DNA of 15,627 bases from Chthoniobacteraceae bacterium (lineage in GTDB: Bacteria; Verrucomicrobiota; Verrucomicrobiia; Chthoniobacterales; Chthoniobacteraceae). Within the stretch, counting starts at the first letter, position 1; each line of letters starts with the position of its first letter. The notes under the pieces are model-generated. The model was not told the DNA's origin and made no database searches. It was given only the letters and a program-made list of their open reading frames with translations. The stretch spans positions 1 through 15,627 of the forward strand of contig JBEBGD010000123.1 of assembly GCA_040081625.1 (NCBI GenBank). Reading direction: 5' to 3'. The position numbers and the translations under genes are program-made. Positions 14,401 through 15,627 of this stretch are shown here, piece after piece.

Positions 14401-15627
14401 TTCAATGCCGGCGCGAGCACTGCCGGGTGGACGGAAACGGCGCCGGGCTCCGGAGTTTACACGCTCGCCGTCGGCACGCTCGCCGGCACCAACTCCGAGG
14501 CTGGGAGTGGCACTGCGGTATTCGTGGTGGGTGTGGTCGGGCTGGCGCCCGCCGGGCTCAGCCAGATCCTCAATACGACGACGATCGACTACGACGGCAG
14601 CCAGGGCGCGGACACCGATTCGTCGGACAATACCGCGACCGACTCGGACACGCTCGATGCCGCGCCGGACCTAGCGATCACAAAGACGACGGATCTGGTG
14701 AGCGTGCCGCGCGGGCAGACGCTCGCTTACACGCTGAATTATCAAAACACCGGCAACCAGGACGCGACCGGCGTGACGCTGCGCGAGACGGTGCCGGCGG
14801 GGACGTTCTTCAACGCGGGGGCGAGCACCGCGGGTTGGACGCTCGCGGCAGATGCCTCGGGCGACTACGTGCTCGTGGTTGGCAATGTCGGCGCGGGTGC
14901 CGCGGCGGGCACGGCAACGTTCGCGGTGAGCGTGAGCCCGGTCGGGCCGAACCTAATCCTCAACACCGCGTCGATCGGCGACGATAGCGAGAACGGCGCG
15001 GATCAAGACAGCGAGGACAATACGGCGTCGCTCACCGTCCCGATCTACACCGGCATCTTCGCCGCATCGACGGGCCGCAAGCTCAAGGGCGATCGCGGCG
15101 CGGAGCCGCGCGTGATCGTCTATGACGCAGCGACCGGCATCGAGGTGCTCAACTTCCTCGCCTACGAACCGACGACCGCCGCGGTCTTCACCGCGATCGG
15201 CGACTTCAACGGCGACGGCTACGACGACATTGCGACCTCGATCGCGACGAAGGGCTCCGGCCGCGTGCGGCTGTGGGACGGGCGCACCGGCGAGCGGCTC
15301 CCGATCGGCTCGTCGATGGAGCTGGCGCCCTTTGCGGCGAATGCGAAAGGCGCGGTCGTCTCGGTGGGTGATCTCACCGGCGACGGTCGCGAAGACCTAA
15401 TCATCTCAGACGGTTTCTCGCTGCGGAAGGTGAGAGTCTATGACGGAGTCAGCGGCGATCTGCTGACGAGCTTCCGGCCCTTCGGCACCGTCGCGCCCGG
15501 CGCGCACCTCGCCGTCGCGGACTTCGATGGCGACGGCCGCGACGACCTCATCGCTTCGCGGCGCGACGGTCGCAAGGTGATCGTGTTTGACGGCGCGCAA
15601 TTCCTCGCGACGCCGACGCCCTCGGTG
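5437..15627 (+). CDS. Giant secreted multidomain adhesin/surface protein (at least 3397 aa, 3' end beyond the window)
   Basis: Frame +1 reads open from ATG 5437 to the window end wherever I translated it. It begins MIARTAAALESAPRKTSRKKRRDHRRPLLVEALEARIAPA (LEPR/planctomycete-type leader). Then follow a cadherin/Big-type Ig domain (PLAIDD...GTFTYLPAAGFAGASDTFTYTLTD, ~5746-6090), a beta-helix region opening with WYVDS...DGRSTNPFKTL (~6100-8880), a Pro-rich linker, an HExxH protease, SdrD-B, DUF11 and FG-GAP repeats. It is missing from the ORF track, apparently because it has no stop inside the window. Confidence 0.93.
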   Translation, partial: MIARTAAALESAPRKTSRKKRRDHRRPLLVEALEARIAPAATVNLAVNLATDLDADGVPDPGDRLHYTVTVQNTGPGSLSGMSFTELLNDPNLALVANSINVSPLAIDDAFTGVRNTLLRVGGTAGSGPEVFVPGVNVVSNDFEFLGDSFTLMPIVNGLSAGGGTVNLASDGTFTYLPAAGFAGASDTFTYTLTDDGIDGTPGNADDLTGTGTVTINFGAQEVWYVDSAFAGTSDGRSTNPFKTLGDVSGATGPDGVGDIIYVNSGSYTGGITLLGTQTLHGENTALVVGGINVAAAGAAPTLAPGAGAAVTLASNNTLTGFTIGNSQRDILGLNFGTLTVSNVTLNGTGKTLDLENGSFTAGSVFNSVASTGTSGLTTNGHGMRIVSVGGSVNLGSTSISGTEAQAVFVNNSTLDINFGNTTIGTGTAGSGGTEGFRIEANPSGTYTIGTLSIQNTPGRGFQLFGNGAPGAAAANATIMGAATISGTGSDAVLVQNTAGNASFQSLSINASGARGIALFNATGSFTTTGGTITSVTGTDVDITGTTNTGTVTIAGSITNTVGGFINIDNHETGNVTFSGNLSTTTSGISVANSNSGTITFSGGTKTLSTGAATAVNLTGNGGGTINFTGGGLAITTTSGAGFSATGGGTITVQGTANTIASTTGTALNVASTTIGAGGLTFRSIASNGAASGIVLNATGAGGFTISGDGGGTNNGSGGTIQNSTGVGISLTSTGPVSLGYVNVANSGTDGIRGSGINGFTLNRSNVTDTANGGGDDEGVELVNTSGAVAFTNSSITGATHNGIELDNFNTNMASFTMTGTTIDGSAATALGNDGILLVMRGNSVLPSGVISGSTFNGMRSVAVQIQANDSGRIGVNNGAATVTTLDATNSFVVQTNNFTGNGLGVDIGSSQVSNVTFQVLNNTFVAKLTAPGAIPNQASSHAINAFTAAGADTGPAVHSFVGKIQGNVIGTQGVKDSGSGIGSGIRAVVQGQSTQGIITIDTNTIREVPNANIISIFGQNGNATISTASAFARFKITNNVMPAISGSNLSLGGPANQPIAENGIFVLADEGFPVSAVITGNNIYDVTTANGISDIYLAVRTGPPAGAQLRIEGTGTVSAFTLANNTLAGPVKFIDESNNSTLVAPGSQGSYPLFFAPSAGEPVTPPAPGIEAARASEPVVVVPPPPAVDGTRPVEQQPAVQTPVIVDDGILSQAELDSLVDAAITRWEATGLTPEQSALLHSISFSIADLPGWYLGESGGGSFTLDRDAAGNGWFVDSTPLDDAEFANGRATINGGAAGRVDALTTVLHELGHVLGLGDRYAGGDAGDLMYGFLSLGDRRLPVAGQADGAVPHAGGGLDFLFGSMSLGSAVMPAGKGITIVYDATINAALSNGLAPTVASQVQLAFTDGTPQTANSNTQTTTLDSLTLGDLVFRDNNRNGVFDAGDAGVNGVTLSLFVDADNNNVADTPGTPLLTTTTAGGGLYSFAGLLPGNYLVRVDQSNFNTGGVLEMLPLATAFAGDPDIGDPDVDNDNNGQLSPGNGAVSRSMTLVYNTEPTAGTGNDTNNTLDFGFKTANSVGDRVWADINNDGVQDAGEAGLNGVSVELLNSGNSVIATTVTAGDGNYTFGGLDDGSFSVRIVSATLPATATPTYDLDGIGTANIATFMITGGVNNTNVDFGYRGAASVGDRLWADRDGDGVQGVGEAGFNGVTVELLNSGGTVIATATTAGDGNFTFGNLFGGSYSARVVSATLPAGVTPTYDLDGIATAHIAAFTLTAGQMRTDVDFGYRGTASVGDRLWQDSDGNGVQDGGEPGYNGVTIELLSGVTVIDSVATSGDGNYTFANLLGGSYSVRVVSATLPVGVAPTYDLDGIGTAHVAAFTLTGGQNRADVDFGYRAVTDLAITKTDGVTSAVAGGSVTYTITASNAGPNAVTGATIADTFDFAKLGNVSWTAVAAGGATGFTASAPTGTTNINDTVTMPVGSSITYTVVGNIRSNATGSLVNTATVTAPASVTDTNTANNSATDTDSLTRSADLQITKTDGKTSSAPGVSNTYTIVVTNAGPSDVATALIQDTFPANFTVSSWTAVGAGGATVGTTMGMGNINDSETVFPSGGSVTYTVNGTINAGATGTLSNTATVTAPGGVTEINSANNSATDTTQIITDDLSVTKTDGSATAVPGTTVTYTVVVANGALSTQAANGATVADTFDASKLSNVMLTSIVPTNGASSPHATGAVSGPFSDMVNLPINSTITYTFTATVLASATGSLANTATITAPGGFNESDTSNNSATDTNTLTPQGDLAITKTDGVTTAVPGGFVTYTITASNSGPSNVVGATVSDLFPAALTGVTWTSAGAGGGMGTASGSGDINDTVTLPVGGSVTYTVMAPISASASGSLSNTATITAPGGFTDLNGANDSATDTDTLTPQADLAITKTDGVTTAVPGGSVTYTITVSNSGLSDVIGATVSDTFPAALTATWTSVGAGGGTGTAAGAGNINDTVNLPVGGSVTYTVNALIAPSATGTLSNTATITAPGGVTDANPGNNSATDTDTLTPQADLAITKTDGVTTAVPGGSVTYTIVVSNSGLSDVIGATVADIFPAALTSVTWMSAGAGGGSGTLSGSGDINDTVNLPAGGSVTYTVMASIDPSATGTLSNTATITAPGGVTDPNSANNSATDTDTLTAQADLAITKTDGVTTAFVGGSVTYTITVSNSGPSNVVGALITDVFPSALTGVTWTSAGAGGGSGTASGNGDIIDPVNLPSGGSVTYTVSGSINPSATGVLSNSATISAPGGVTDLNPGNNSATDSDVLLRQSDLSIIKNDSPDPVGPGAQLTYTIVVSNAGPSDNTSATIMDVFPAGFANAMWTADFSNGGAGTASGMGDINEVVTGIPAGGSVTYTVTGTITAAANTTLSNTATLVSGEDTNSENNSDTATTFVGGVNLSVTKSDGVTSVVPGSTLTYTINYANSGFQDAPGVVLTETLPAGATFNAGASTAGWTETAPGSGVYTLAVGTLAGTNSEAGSGTAVFVVGVVGLAPAGLSQILNTTTIDYDGSQGADTDSSDNTATDSDTLDAAPDLAITKTTDLVSVPRGQTLAYTLNYQNTGNQDATGVTLRETVPAGTFFNAGASTAGWTLAADASGDYVLVVGNVGAGAAAGTATFAVSVSPVGPNLILNTASIGDDSENGADQDSEDNTASLTVPIYTGIFAASTGRKLKGDRGAEPRVIVYDAATGIEVLNFLAYEPTTAAVFTAIGDFNGDGYDDIATSIATKGSGRVRLWDGRTGERLPIGSSMELAPFAANAKGAVVSVGDLTGDGREDLIISDGFSLRKVRVYDGVSGDLLTSFRPFGTVAPGAHLAVADFDGDGRDDLIASRRDGRKVIVFDGAQFLATPTPSV
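9061..9465 (+). other. Metzincin/matrixin-like Zn metalloprotease domain within the giant protein
   Basis: HELGHVLGLGD at 9364-9396 and a Met-turn DLMY (Met at 9427-9429), preceded by LDRDAAGNGWFVDSTP. Confidence 0.8.
9718..11124 (+). repeat. Four SdrD B-like (Cna-B type) domains within the giant protein
   Basis: Units start (S/T)(V/L)GDxV(W/F)xDxxxxG and end DFG(Y/F). Starts are at ~9718, 10168, 10492 and 10816. Units 2-4 start 324 bp apart. Confidence 0.85.
11137..15039 (+). repeat. Ten tandem DUF11 (TIGR01451-type) Ig-like domains within the giant protein
   Basis: DLxITKTD...PGxxVTYTIxxxNxGP...NTAT...NNSATD units start at 11137, 11539, 11929, 12337, 12724, 13108, 13495, 13882, 14260 and 14668 (spacing 378-408 bp). 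Confidence 0.9.
15190..15555 (+). repeat. FG-GAP/VCBS-like Ca-binding beta-propeller repeats (continue past the window)
   Basis: GDFNGDGYDDI (15199), GDLTGDGREDL (15367) and ADFDGDGRDDL (15517). Confidence 0.85.

Overview
GC-rich bacterial DNA, most likely from the PVC group (Verrucomicrobia/Planctomycetes); this is inferred from the 'RRPLLVEALEARIAPA' LEPR-type leader. In order, the window contains: (1) a secreted Spy/CpxP-like (LTxxQ) protein with an intrinsic terminator; (2) a solo palindromic GTCATCCTGAGCGA-type REP-like element; (3) a DUF3820-like gene on the minus strand; (4) a probable operon of a Tat-signal protein with a degenerate CCA-adding/poly(A)-polymerase-like fold, three paralogous phage tail-collar ('microcystin-dependent protein'-like) genes and a GNAT acetyltransferase; (5) a 704-bp cassette in which a stand-alone GIY-YIG nuclease gene is bracketed by two 159-bp direct repeats of the same REP-like family; (6) a DUF6916-like gene on the minus strand; (7) a giant secreted multidomain adhesin of at least 3397 aa. 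The adhesin starts at 5437, runs off the window end and is absent from the supplied ORF track. It carries Ig-like, beta-helix, Zn-metalloprotease, 4 SdrD-B, 10 DUF11 and FG-GAP modules. The best candidate for an undescribed system is the GIY-YIG nuclease/REP-dimer cassette with a solo copy nearby, which resembles RAYT/REPIN systems but uses a different enzyme class. The second is the Tat pseudo-nucleotidyltransferase + triple tail-collar + GNAT + DUF6916 + adhesin module. All family assignments come from motif recognition by eye, not database searches.
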